Shown here: in pieces, positions 56,914-64,000 of the stretch | Layout of the letters: the number at the start of each line of letters is the position of its first letter | Numbering within the stretch: position 1 is the first letter of the stretch | NCBI GenBank assembly: GCA_022709525.1 | Contig: JAKLIQ010000009.1 | Span: 19,107-83,106, forward strand | Length of the DNA: 64,000 nucleotides | Origin: Candidatus Omnitrophota bacterium | GTDB taxonomy: Bacteria > Omnitrophota > Omnitrophia > Omnitrophales > Aquincolibacteriaceae | Direction of reading: 5' to 3' | Program-made: the position numbers and the translations under genes | Notes under the pieces: model-generated | Seen by the model: only the letters and a program-made list of their open reading frames with translations | Databases searched by the model: none | Told to the model about the DNA's origin: nothing

Positions 56914-58881
56914 TTATTTACTGGATTGAAGACCGAACGTGAAACCCTGCTTCACTTTTTCGACGAGTTCGGGAAGGACTTCCCGGTAGTCGCGGACGAT
57001 CCCGAAATCAGCGTGACGGAAGATCGCGGCCTGCGGGTCCTGATTGATCGCGATGATCGTTCCCGATTCCTTCATGCCCGCAAGATGCTGGATCGCGCCG
57101 GAAATGGCTACAGCGATATAGATCTTGGGCCGGACGGTTTTCCCCGTCTGTCCGACCTGGCGCGCATAAGGCGCGTAACCGTTATCGACCGCATGGCGGC
57201 TTGCGCCCCAATCGGCGTTGATCCCCCGCTCCTGGAGCGCTTGGGCTAGCTCTTTGATCAATTCAAAATTGTCATGTTCCCCTGCCGGCCGGCCGCCGGC
57301 AATAATGATGTCCGCGATAAAAAGATTGTCCCCTCCGCCCGCTTCACGCTTGGTTTCAAGCACTTCGACGGCGAAATCGCTTTCTCTGAAAGTCGGCGTA
57401 AATTCGCGGACCGTTCCTTTGCGGGATGCGTCCTTCGGGAGGATCTTGAAAGTTCCGGCGCGCGCCGTCGCCATTTGCGGGCACCAGAATCCGACGATCG
57501 TCGCAAGCTTGCTTTCCCCGTAAGTCGGACGGATCGATTCCAGGACAGGATAAAAAACCGATTTTTTCATGCGGTGGACATATTCGCCCACTTCAAGACT
57601 GGTGCAGTCGGCGGTCACGCCGGCGCGCACGCGGCTCGCGATCCTTGGGGCAAGCTCGCGGCCTGACGTGGTGGCCCCAAAAAGCGCGATCTCGGGCCGT
57701 TTTTGTTCCATCCATTGCGTCAGAACGGCCGCGACCGGCAGGATCCTGTATTCTTTAAGCCGCGGGTCATCGACGATCACGACTTCCTCAGCCCCGTAAG
57801 CGATGATCTCGGGCGCCACAGACTTGACATTATGACCGGTCACGATCGCGGTCACTTGGGTTTGAAGCTTGTCCGCTAATTTCCGGGCGGGGTTTAAAAT
57901 CTCAAGGGAAGACCGCGCGGGCGCCTGGCCGTGCATTTCGATCCAAACCAAAATGCCGCGCGCATCTTTGCGGAAATCCACTCTGGGAAAATCTGTTTCG
58001 GTTTTGGCTTTCTCCCCGGCCGGATTTTTCTGATCCGCGGTTTCTTTGTGCGCGCCGTGGCATCCGCTGATCCGGTCCTTGATCTTTTCGATCTCGGAAA
58101 CAAGCGTCGCCGCGAGATCTTTGGGTTCATGCCCCGAGATCATGTTTACAGGCGGCCTGTCTTTCTGGATATCCACCACCTTCGCGACAAGCGTCGGCGA
58201 ACCCGTAAGGCCCACTACCCCCGCATCGGCGCCGGTCTGGTCAAGCGTCCAAACTTCTGTCTTGGTGTTCTTCGCCCGGATCGCGCCCTTAAGAGACGGA
58301 CGCCGCGCAGGCGTCGCTGTCGGGGCGATCGAAATAAGGCAAGGGATCGGCACTTTCAGGACCTGGAAACCGCCTTCGATAATGCGGCGGACCTTTAAAT
58401 GATCGCCCCGGTATTCCACCTTCTCCACGAACGTCGCCTGCGGAATACCGAGATTTTCCGCCGCTTGGGAGGGTACATGTGCCGTGTCTCCGTCCGTGGT
58501 CTGACGGCCGGAAAAAATAATAAAGGGCTCCTTGGCATGTCGATCAAAACCGAGTTTCTTAAGAAGCGAAGCGATCGCATAACCCGTGGCAAATGTGTCA
58601 GATCCGCCGAGCTTGCGGTCGGAGAGAAGGATCGCGCGGTCATAGCCCATCGCCAATGCTTTTTTAAGCGATTGCTCGAAACTCGGAGGCCCCATCGAGA
58701 CCACGATCAACTCGGCATCCGGCACATGTTTTTTGATCTGGAGGCCCTGTTCCAGGCCGAACGTGCAATCCGCATTGATCATGGACTTTGCTTTGGTACG
58801 GTCCATGAGCCCGTCCGCGCCCATCCGCATTTCGGTCGGGAGCGGCACCTGTTTCATGATGGTAATAACTTTAAGTCCCAT
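56914..58881 (-). CDS. etfBA: fused electron transfer flavoprotein beta-alpha (EtfB-EtfA fusion, 655 aa)
   Basis: The N-terminal 260 aa are EtfB-like (KQVPLPTEMRM...). The C-terminal part is EtfA-like, with FAD-binding IYIAVAISGAIQHLAGMKESGTIIAINQD. Confidence 0.85.
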   Translation of the reverse strand: MGLKVITIMKQVPLPTEMRMGADGLMDRTKAKSMINADCTFGLEQGLQIKKHVPDAELIVVSMGPPSFEQSLKKALAMGYDRAILLSDRKLGGSDTFATGYAIASLLKKLGFDRHAKEPFIIFSGRQTTDGDTAHVPSQAAENLGIPQATFVEKVEYRGDHLKVRRIIEGGFQVLKVPIPCLISIAPTATPARRPSLKGAIRAKNTKTEVWTLDQTGADAGVVGLTGSPTLVAKVVDIQKDRPPVNMISGHEPKDLAATLVSEIEKIKDRISGCHGAHKETADQKNPAGEKAKTETDFPRVDFRKDARGILVWIEMHGQAPARSSLEILNPARKLADKLQTQVTAIVTGHNVKSVAPEIIAYGAEEVVIVDDPRLKEYRILPVAAVLTQWMEQKRPEIALFGATTSGRELAPRIASRVRAGVTADCTSLEVGEYVHRMKKSVFYPVLESIRPTYGESKLATIVGFWCPQMATARAGTFKILPKDASRKGTVREFTPTFRESDFAVEVLETKREAGGGDNLFIADIIIAGGRPAGEHDNFELIKELAQALQERGINADWGASRHAVDNGYAPYARQVGQTGKTVRPKIYIAVAISGAIQHLAGMKESGTIIAINQDPQAAIFRHADFGIVRDYREVLPELVEKVKQGFTFGLQSSK

Positions 58882-58882
58882 A

Positions 58883-60547
58883 TCAGAGATTCTCGTATTC
58901 GGGCCCGTCGCCCCCGTAAGGGACAGCCCATTCGATATTACCGAAAGGATCTTTGATGTCGCAGGTTTTGCAATGCACGCAGTTAGCCGGATGGAGATGA
59001 AGGTCTTTTTTCCCGGTCTTCGGATCCGTCACGATCTCATAAACTTCCGCGGGACAAAAACTCTGGCATGGCCCGCCGTATTTCGGGATGCAGATATCCC
59101 GGCAAAGATCAAAATCCAGCACCCGCAAATGGCACGGCTGCTCTTCGTCGTGCTTGGAGCCGGAGAAATAAACATCGGTCACTTTATCAAAGGTCAGTTG
59201 TTTATCAAAGGCCAGCTCCTTGGCGAATTTTTTACAAAAAGGGTTTTTGATGCCCGCGAGCTTTTTATAACAAGCCGCATCCTCATGGGTTTTCATCTTG
59301 CCCGAGGGCGTGATCCCCCGGCCGCCGGTCAGGATCTGGGTCGCGAAATGGAACGCGCCCAGGATCATGCCGTAGCCGAATCCCGCGCGGAAATTACGGG
59401 TCCTGGCAAGGGTCCGGTAGCCCGCGCTTTTTTTGAAAAGCGCATCGTAAAGTCCGAGCTGTTCTTTAGAGAAATCTTTTTTCTTGAGCGCCTCGAACGC
59501 GGATTTGGCGGCGAGCATGCCGGATTCGATCGCAAGGTGAACGCCTTTAAGGCTCGGCATGCTTAAGAACCCTGCGGAGTCCCCGGCGATCATGACTCCG
59601 TCATGGCAAAGCTTGGGAAGCGAGTAAAGACCACCCTCGGGGATCGTCTTTGCGCCATAGCGGAGGATCTTCCCCTTTTGAAGGATCTTTGCGATCAGCG
59701 GATGTTTTTTATAAAGCTGAAGAGCGGCGTGAGAATCAAAGGTTGGATCTTTATAATCGAGGCCCGCAGCGATCCCGACAGCGACCTGGCGGCCATTCAG
59801 GCCGTAGACGAACCCGCCGCCAAAGTGATTGAATGAAAACGGAAATCCAAGCGTGTGCATGATGCGCCCGGCCTCGAAAGTCCCTTCCGGCAGGTCCCAA
59901 AGCTCCTTAACCCCGGTGGAATAAACCTGCGGATTACTGCTTCGATCCAGCTCGAATTTTCTGACAAGCTGCTTGGTAAGACTCCCCCGGGGGCCTTCGG
60001 CAAGGATCGTGATCTTGGCGCGGATCTCGTTACCCGGCTGGAAATTGTCCATCGGTTTCCCGTGTTTATCGACGCCGGTATCGATCGTCTTGGCGCCAAC
60101 AACGCGCCCATTCTCATAAAGCATCTCCGAAACACTGAACCCGGGGTAGATCTGAATGCCTTTTTTTTCGGCGATCTCCGCCAGCCAGCGCGTAAGCTTC
60201 CCGAGAGAAGCTACAAAATTCCCGTGATTGCCCATGAAAGGCGGCGTCAAAGGGGCTTTAAACGCGAATTTTGGTGTCAGGAAATAGACGCCCTCTTTTT
60301 TGACGGGAGATTCGAAGGGAAAGTCTTTTTCCGGAATATCAGGTAAAAGGGCCCTCAGCGTGGAAGGGTCGATCACGGCGCCGGAAAGCGTGTGGCTGCC
60401 GATCGCGCTTCCTTTTTCGAGAACCAGGATCCCCGCTTTTTCGCCCGCAGCGGCGTTAAGATCGGCAAGATGGATGCCTGCGGCCAATCCTGCGACCCCG
60501 CCCCCGACGATCAGAATGTCTGTTTCAATGATTTCGGATTTTGACAT
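58883..60547 (-). CDS. electron-transferring-flavoprotein:quinone oxidoreductase (ETF-QO) with C-terminal 4Fe-4S domain
   Basis: FAD motif DILIVGGGVAGLAAG; C-terminal CPAEVYEI...CVHCKTCD. The ATG at 60547 preferred over the TTG-initiated track start at 60580. Confidence 0.85.
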   Translation of the reverse strand: MSKSEIIETDILIVGGGVAGLAAGIHLADLNAAAGEKAGILVLEKGSAIGSHTLSGAVIDPSTLRALLPDIPEKDFPFESPVKKEGVYFLTPKFAFKAPLTPPFMGNHGNFVASLGKLTRWLAEIAEKKGIQIYPGFSVSEMLYENGRVVGAKTIDTGVDKHGKPMDNFQPGNEIRAKITILAEGPRGSLTKQLVRKFELDRSSNPQVYSTGVKELWDLPEGTFEAGRIMHTLGFPFSFNHFGGGFVYGLNGRQVAVGIAAGLDYKDPTFDSHAALQLYKKHPLIAKILQKGKILRYGAKTIPEGGLYSLPKLCHDGVMIAGDSAGFLSMPSLKGVHLAIESGMLAAKSAFEALKKKDFSKEQLGLYDALFKKSAGYRTLARTRNFRAGFGYGMILGAFHFATQILTGGRGITPSGKMKTHEDAACYKKLAGIKNPFCKKFAKELAFDKQLTFDKVTDVYFSGSKHDEEQPCHLRVLDFDLCRDICIPKYGGPCQSFCPAEVYEIVTDPKTGKKDLHLHPANCVHCKTCDIKDPFGNIEWAVPYGGDGPEYENL

Positions 60548-60647
60548 TGGAATATAAGATCTTTTGTAGGGAAGTCTCAAAATTAAGGCCGTATTCTAGC
60601 ATAAAACCTTGACCGGAAAGAGAGAAAAAGGTGGGATGGGCTGAATC

Positions 60648-61337
60648 TTAGAAGGAAATCTTAAGGCTGGTTCCCAGGACATTGAGCGCGGTCCATTTCC
60701 CGGCCGCGTCTTTTTTGGATTGGCGTAAGTAGAAGATCGATCCGTAAAATGGGCCCCACCAGTGGGCTTTAAATCCCGAATAGAGCCGGTCCTCGGTCAT
60801 ACCATTTCTATTCGTCTCCAGAAAGATCTCATTGGCAACATAGGGCTGAAACTCGAACAACGTCCATTTCCAAGGGGACGTGAGCGTGACCATGTTGCGG
60901 TACACCATCGCAAATTTTGATTCCTGCCGCCAGCGGAATGACAGCATGTTCCGGTTTTCCAAAAGGAACCCGTGAATCGGAAGCTGCGGCGTCATATAAA
61001 TGCGCGGCTCGGATTCCCAATACCAGATCTCATCGTTCTTTTTAGTCCGGGATGCGCGGTTTTCGAGATACAGGGCGCCCAAGGCTAGATACTTGAACGG
61101 CTGATAGTTTGTCCCTATATGGGTTTCGGTATAGTAGATCCCGTTATGTTCCCGGAAACGCAGCTCTTCGCCGGCCCATATTCTCCATTGTTTGTTCAGT
61201 TTCTTTTCGACGTCATAAGTGTTCCAGACGCCGAAACCTTCGTCCCGCGTGCGCGCGGCCAAAGCAGACGGCATGCCAATCCCCTGGATCAGCAAAAGAG
61301 CGGCTATAAAAAAACGGGTTATTTTGAAAAACTTCAT
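60648..61337 (-). CDS. DUF2490-family outer membrane protein
   Basis: Signal peptide; Trp/Tyr-rich beta strands; C-terminal LKISF. Confidence 0.6.
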   Translation of the reverse strand: MKFFKITRFFIAALLLIQGIGMPSALAARTRDEGFGVWNTYDVEKKLNKQWRIWAGEELRFREHNGIYYTETHIGTNYQPFKYLALGALYLENRASRTKKNDEIWYWESEPRIYMTPQLPIHGFLLENRNMLSFRWRQESKFAMVYRNMVTLTSPWKWTLFEFQPYVANEIFLETNRNGMTEDRLYSGFKAHWWGPFYGSIFYLRQSKKDAAGKWTALNVLGTSLKISF

Positions 61338-61451
61338 AAATTCCCCCTCAAAATACCATCGACCTGGGGAAAAGTTACCTAAGCGCTATTTCCCTTAATA
61401 TCTTTTTTACAAAAACCCTCTATGATAGAATCCTTTGGAGATTTTCCCTGT

Positions 61452-62141
61452 ATGCCAAATGAGACCATCCTCGTTATTGAAGATGAAAAAAATATCCTCG
61501 AGCTTGTAAAATACAACCTCGAAAAGGAAGGCTTTCGCGTCCTCACAGCCCTCAAAGGCAACGCGGGACTCGACATGGCCCTTAAGGAAAAACCCTCGCT
61601 TGTGATCCTTGACCTCATGCTGCCCGAGATCGGCGGCCTTGATATCTGCAGGATCCTGAAACAGAACGATAAAAGCCGAGGCATCCCCCTCATTATGCTC
61701 ACGGCCAAAGGAACAGAAGCCGACAAAGTCGTGGGGCTCGAGCTCGGGGCTGACGACTATATGACCAAACCTTTCAGCCCCCGGGAACTCATTGCCCGCA
61801 TCAAAGCGGTCTTGCGTCGCGTCAAGGACAAGTCCTCCGCTAAGGTCCTAAAAGCGGGAACGCTTGAGCTTGATGCCGCGAAACACGAACTTCGTCTTAA
61901 AGGAAAACCCGTTGAATTGACGGCCAAAGAATTTGAACTCCTTAAGACGCTGATGGAGGCGAGCGGCCGCGTCCTCTCGCGCGAATTCCTCTTGGAGCGG
62001 GTCTGGGGTTATGATCATTCGGTCCATATTGAAACCCGGACCGTGGATATGCACGTCGGAGGGCTCCGGAAAAAGATCGGGAAAGAATCGGAGCGGATCG
62101 TCACCGTTAAAAGCGTCGGCTATCGCTTTGATGAGGAGTGA
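61452..62141 (+). CDS. phoB: OmpR/PhoB-family response regulator
   Basis: Receiver (ILVIEDE...LDLMLP...K) plus winged-helix (PFSPRELIARIKAVLRR, TVDMHV). The ATG at 61452 has an upstream GGAG. Confidence 0.85.
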   Translation: MPNETILVIEDEKNILELVKYNLEKEGFRVLTALKGNAGLDMALKEKPSLVILDLMLPEIGGLDICRILKQNDKSRGIPLIMLTAKGTEADKVVGLELGADDYMTKPFSPRELIARIKAVLRRVKDKSSAKVLKAGTLELDAAKHELRLKGKPVELTAKEFELLKTLMEASGRVLSREFLLERVWGYDHSVHIETRTVDMHVGGLRKKIGKESERIVTVKSVGYRFDEE

Positions 62142-62142
62142 T

Positions 62143-63915
62143 ATGCCTTTTCCAAAACTCGGGTTCGCGAAACGCCTTCTTTTCTTCTACGGATTTGTTT
62201 TTATCGCGGTGCTCCTCCTCACGGATTGGTCCCTTTCCCGGGTCCTTGAGAAACGCGAGCTGGAACAGCTCCAAGATTCCCTGACGCGTCAATCCATCCT
62301 GATCCGCGAAGTCGCCTCCCCTCTTCTTGAAAGGACATTGGACCTTCAAAATGAGATCAAAAAACTGGCCGAAGGGACCGGTTTGCGCATTACCGTTGTG
62401 AATGCTGAGGGCACTCCCCTGGCGGATTCGAGCGAAACCCATGAAACCTTGGCCAATATGGATAATCACGCCATGCGTCCCGAGATCGCGGCGGCGCTTA
62501 AGGAACAAACCGGGATGAGCATCCGTTACAGCACCACAGTAAAAACCAGGATGCTTTACGTGGCGGTCCCGATCTTTCAGGGCGAAAAAATCTTGGGTGT
62601 TGTCCGCGCGGCCATGCCGATCGCGCGCGTGGACCGCATCCTTGCCTCCGCAAGGAAGCCCGTTATGGTCACGGCGCTTTTAGGCATCTTGATGGTCCTT
62701 GCGGCGGGCATTCTTTTTGCCGGTCGCCTTACCGCGCGGATACGCCGTATCACTTCGGTCGCGGAACGTTACGCGCAGGAAGACTGGTCTGAAAAGATCC
62801 TGATCGACGGCCGTGACGAGCTTAAAATGCTCGCCGATACCATGAACAAGATGGCTTCTTCGCTCAAGACCCGCATCGACGATCTTGAAAACGAAAAAGG
62901 CAAGGTCGCAACGATCCTGACCCATATGAACGAAGGTGTCATCGCGATCGGACCGCGGAAACAATTTGTGATGGCAAATCCCACCGCCGAAAGATTTTTT
63001 GGTTTCGAAACAAAAACCGTGGGCGGAAAAGGATTGATCGAGGTTACCCGCCACCCTCAGCTTGAAAGGATCGTGGACCGGGCATTTGAAGCCCGTAAAA
63101 ACCTTTCTGAAGAGATCCAGATCCCCGGGAATATCAAAAAAACATTCCGCGTTAACGTTTTGATGCTGCCCCCCCAGATCCGCGAGATCGGCTGCATCCT
63201 GGTATTCCATGACATGACTGAGATCCGGCGCCTCGAGAACATCCGAAAAGAGTTTGTCGCAAATGTTTCCCACGAGCTAAGAACACCTTTAACCTCCATC
63301 CGGGGATTCATTGAAACGCTGTTGGGCGGAGCCCTGAAAGAACCGGCTACAAGCGAACATTTCCTGCGTATCATGGAGGAGGAAACAAAGCGCCTGGGGC
63401 GGCTCGTAGAGGATATTTTGACGCTTGGGGAGATCGAGCAGAGGGCCACGCTGCTTCGAAAAGAAAAGATCGATCTGGCCCTTGAACTGTCAACGGTCCT
63501 GGAACGCTTCAAACCGAGGATCCAGGAGAAAAGGATCGCCGTCGAAAACCGTATCCTGGGCAAGTCTTTCGTTGTCTCCGGGGACAGAGACAAAGTCCAG
63601 CAGGTTCTTGTGAATTTGATTGATAATGCCATCAAATTCAATAAGGAGGAGGGAAAGATCGTCCTTTCGGCGGATCAGCGAGCCGAAGGTTTGGCTATCA
63701 CGGTAGAAGATACCGGGATCGGGATCCCTCAGGGGTCCATCGAACGTATTTTTGAAAGGTTCTTCCGGGTGGATAAAGCGCGTTCGAAGGAGCTGGGAGG
63801 AACGGGATTGGGCCTCGCGATCGTCAAACATATCATGGAAGCCCATGGAGGCCACGCTGTTTGTTCCAGTACTCTCGGAAAAGGGTCCCGTTTTACCGTC
63901 TTTTTCCCGGGATAA
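62143..63915 (+). CDS. phoR: PhoR-like sensor histidine kinase (TM, periplasmic loop, HAMP/PAS, HisKA, HATPase_c)
   Basis: H-box FVANVSHELRTPLTSIRGF; G-boxes GGTGLGLAIVKHI. The ATG lies 2 nt after the RR stop (coupled). Confidence 0.85.
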   Translation: MPFPKLGFAKRLLFFYGFVFIAVLLLTDWSLSRVLEKRELEQLQDSLTRQSILIREVASPLLERTLDLQNEIKKLAEGTGLRITVVNAEGTPLADSSETHETLANMDNHAMRPEIAAALKEQTGMSIRYSTTVKTRMLYVAVPIFQGEKILGVVRAAMPIARVDRILASARKPVMVTALLGILMVLAAGILFAGRLTARIRRITSVAERYAQEDWSEKILIDGRDELKMLADTMNKMASSLKTRIDDLENEKGKVATILTHMNEGVIAIGPRKQFVMANPTAERFFGFETKTVGGKGLIEVTRHPQLERIVDRAFEARKNLSEEIQIPGNIKKTFRVNVLMLPPQIREIGCILVFHDMTEIRRLENIRKEFVANVSHELRTPLTSIRGFIETLLGGALKEPATSEHFLRIMEEETKRLGRLVEDILTLGEIEQRATLLRKEKIDLALELSTVLERFKPRIQEKRIAVENRILGKSFVVSGDRDKVQQVLVNLIDNAIKFNKEEGKIVLSADQRAEGLAITVEDTGIGIPQGSIERIFERFFRVDKARSKELGGTGLGLAIVKHIMEAHGGHAVCSSTLGKGSRFTVFFPG

Positions 63916-64000
63916 AATGCGAAGAAAAGGTCGATTCTAGAAGAAAATCTTTGTCGCGGCGTAGGAGATCGCCGAGATCGCCGCGGAACAAGGAATGGTA

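Noticed and set aside
63937-64000. Possible 3' end of a minus-strand gene running off the window end (…TIPCSAAISAISYAATKIFF*)
   Set aside because: Only about 20 codons are visible. It cannot be identified or confirmed.

Overview
This 64 kb window is a gene-dense chromosomal segment from a Gram-negative (diderm) bacterium. The diderm call rests on TolC-like and C-terminal-Phe beta-barrel OMPs, LptF/G, HldD, DsbD and type IV pilus PilT. It is probably an uncultivated lineage, with estimated GC about 55% and about 85% of genes on the minus strand. Content is mainly housekeeping. It includes ruvCAB-yebC, folP, ftsH, tilS, efp, pdxJ, cdaA-cdaR (c-di-AMP), malQ, thiD, thrH, hldD, trmB, rluB and an RlmD-like methyltransferase. 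It also carries a tight sulfur-amino-acid operon (Rrf2 regulator, metY, yezD, OMP, cysK, metX, metW, queF, tpx), redox and disulfide modules (DsbA-like plus DoxX, DsbD, thioredoxin-like, Tpx), a fused EtfB-EtfA plus ETF-QO pair, LemA-TPM-TPM, two two-component systems, a sensor diguanylate cyclase operon with a tandem-repeat protein and a TolC-like OMP, and two tRNA genes (Pro-GGG, Met/Ile2-CAT). I found no CRISPR array, integrase, transposase or obvious defence island. The unusual signals are non-coding. There is a family of about 80 to 135 bp palindromic MITE-like elements with GGGACTNGGGACTCG-type termini, inserted exactly in tiny intergenic spacers in 3 copies. tRNA-Met is flanked on each side by a dual-hairpin module with conserved, mutually complementary apical loops and co-varying stems. 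A run of perfect hairpins lies downstream of tRNA-Pro. A 31 bp inverted repeat AACCATTTYAA-N9-TTGAAATGGTT occurs twice at gene boundaries. A 14 bp-TIR element sits between yebC and folP. On the coding side, a membrane-anchored protein built of about 12 tandem 23-aa repeats and a stand-alone Cas4-like nuclease cluster deserve a look. The supplied ORF track missed a clear TolC-like ORF at the window start, a 55-aa lipoprotein candidate and the true YezD-like reading frame. Several long track ORFs are antisense artefacts.
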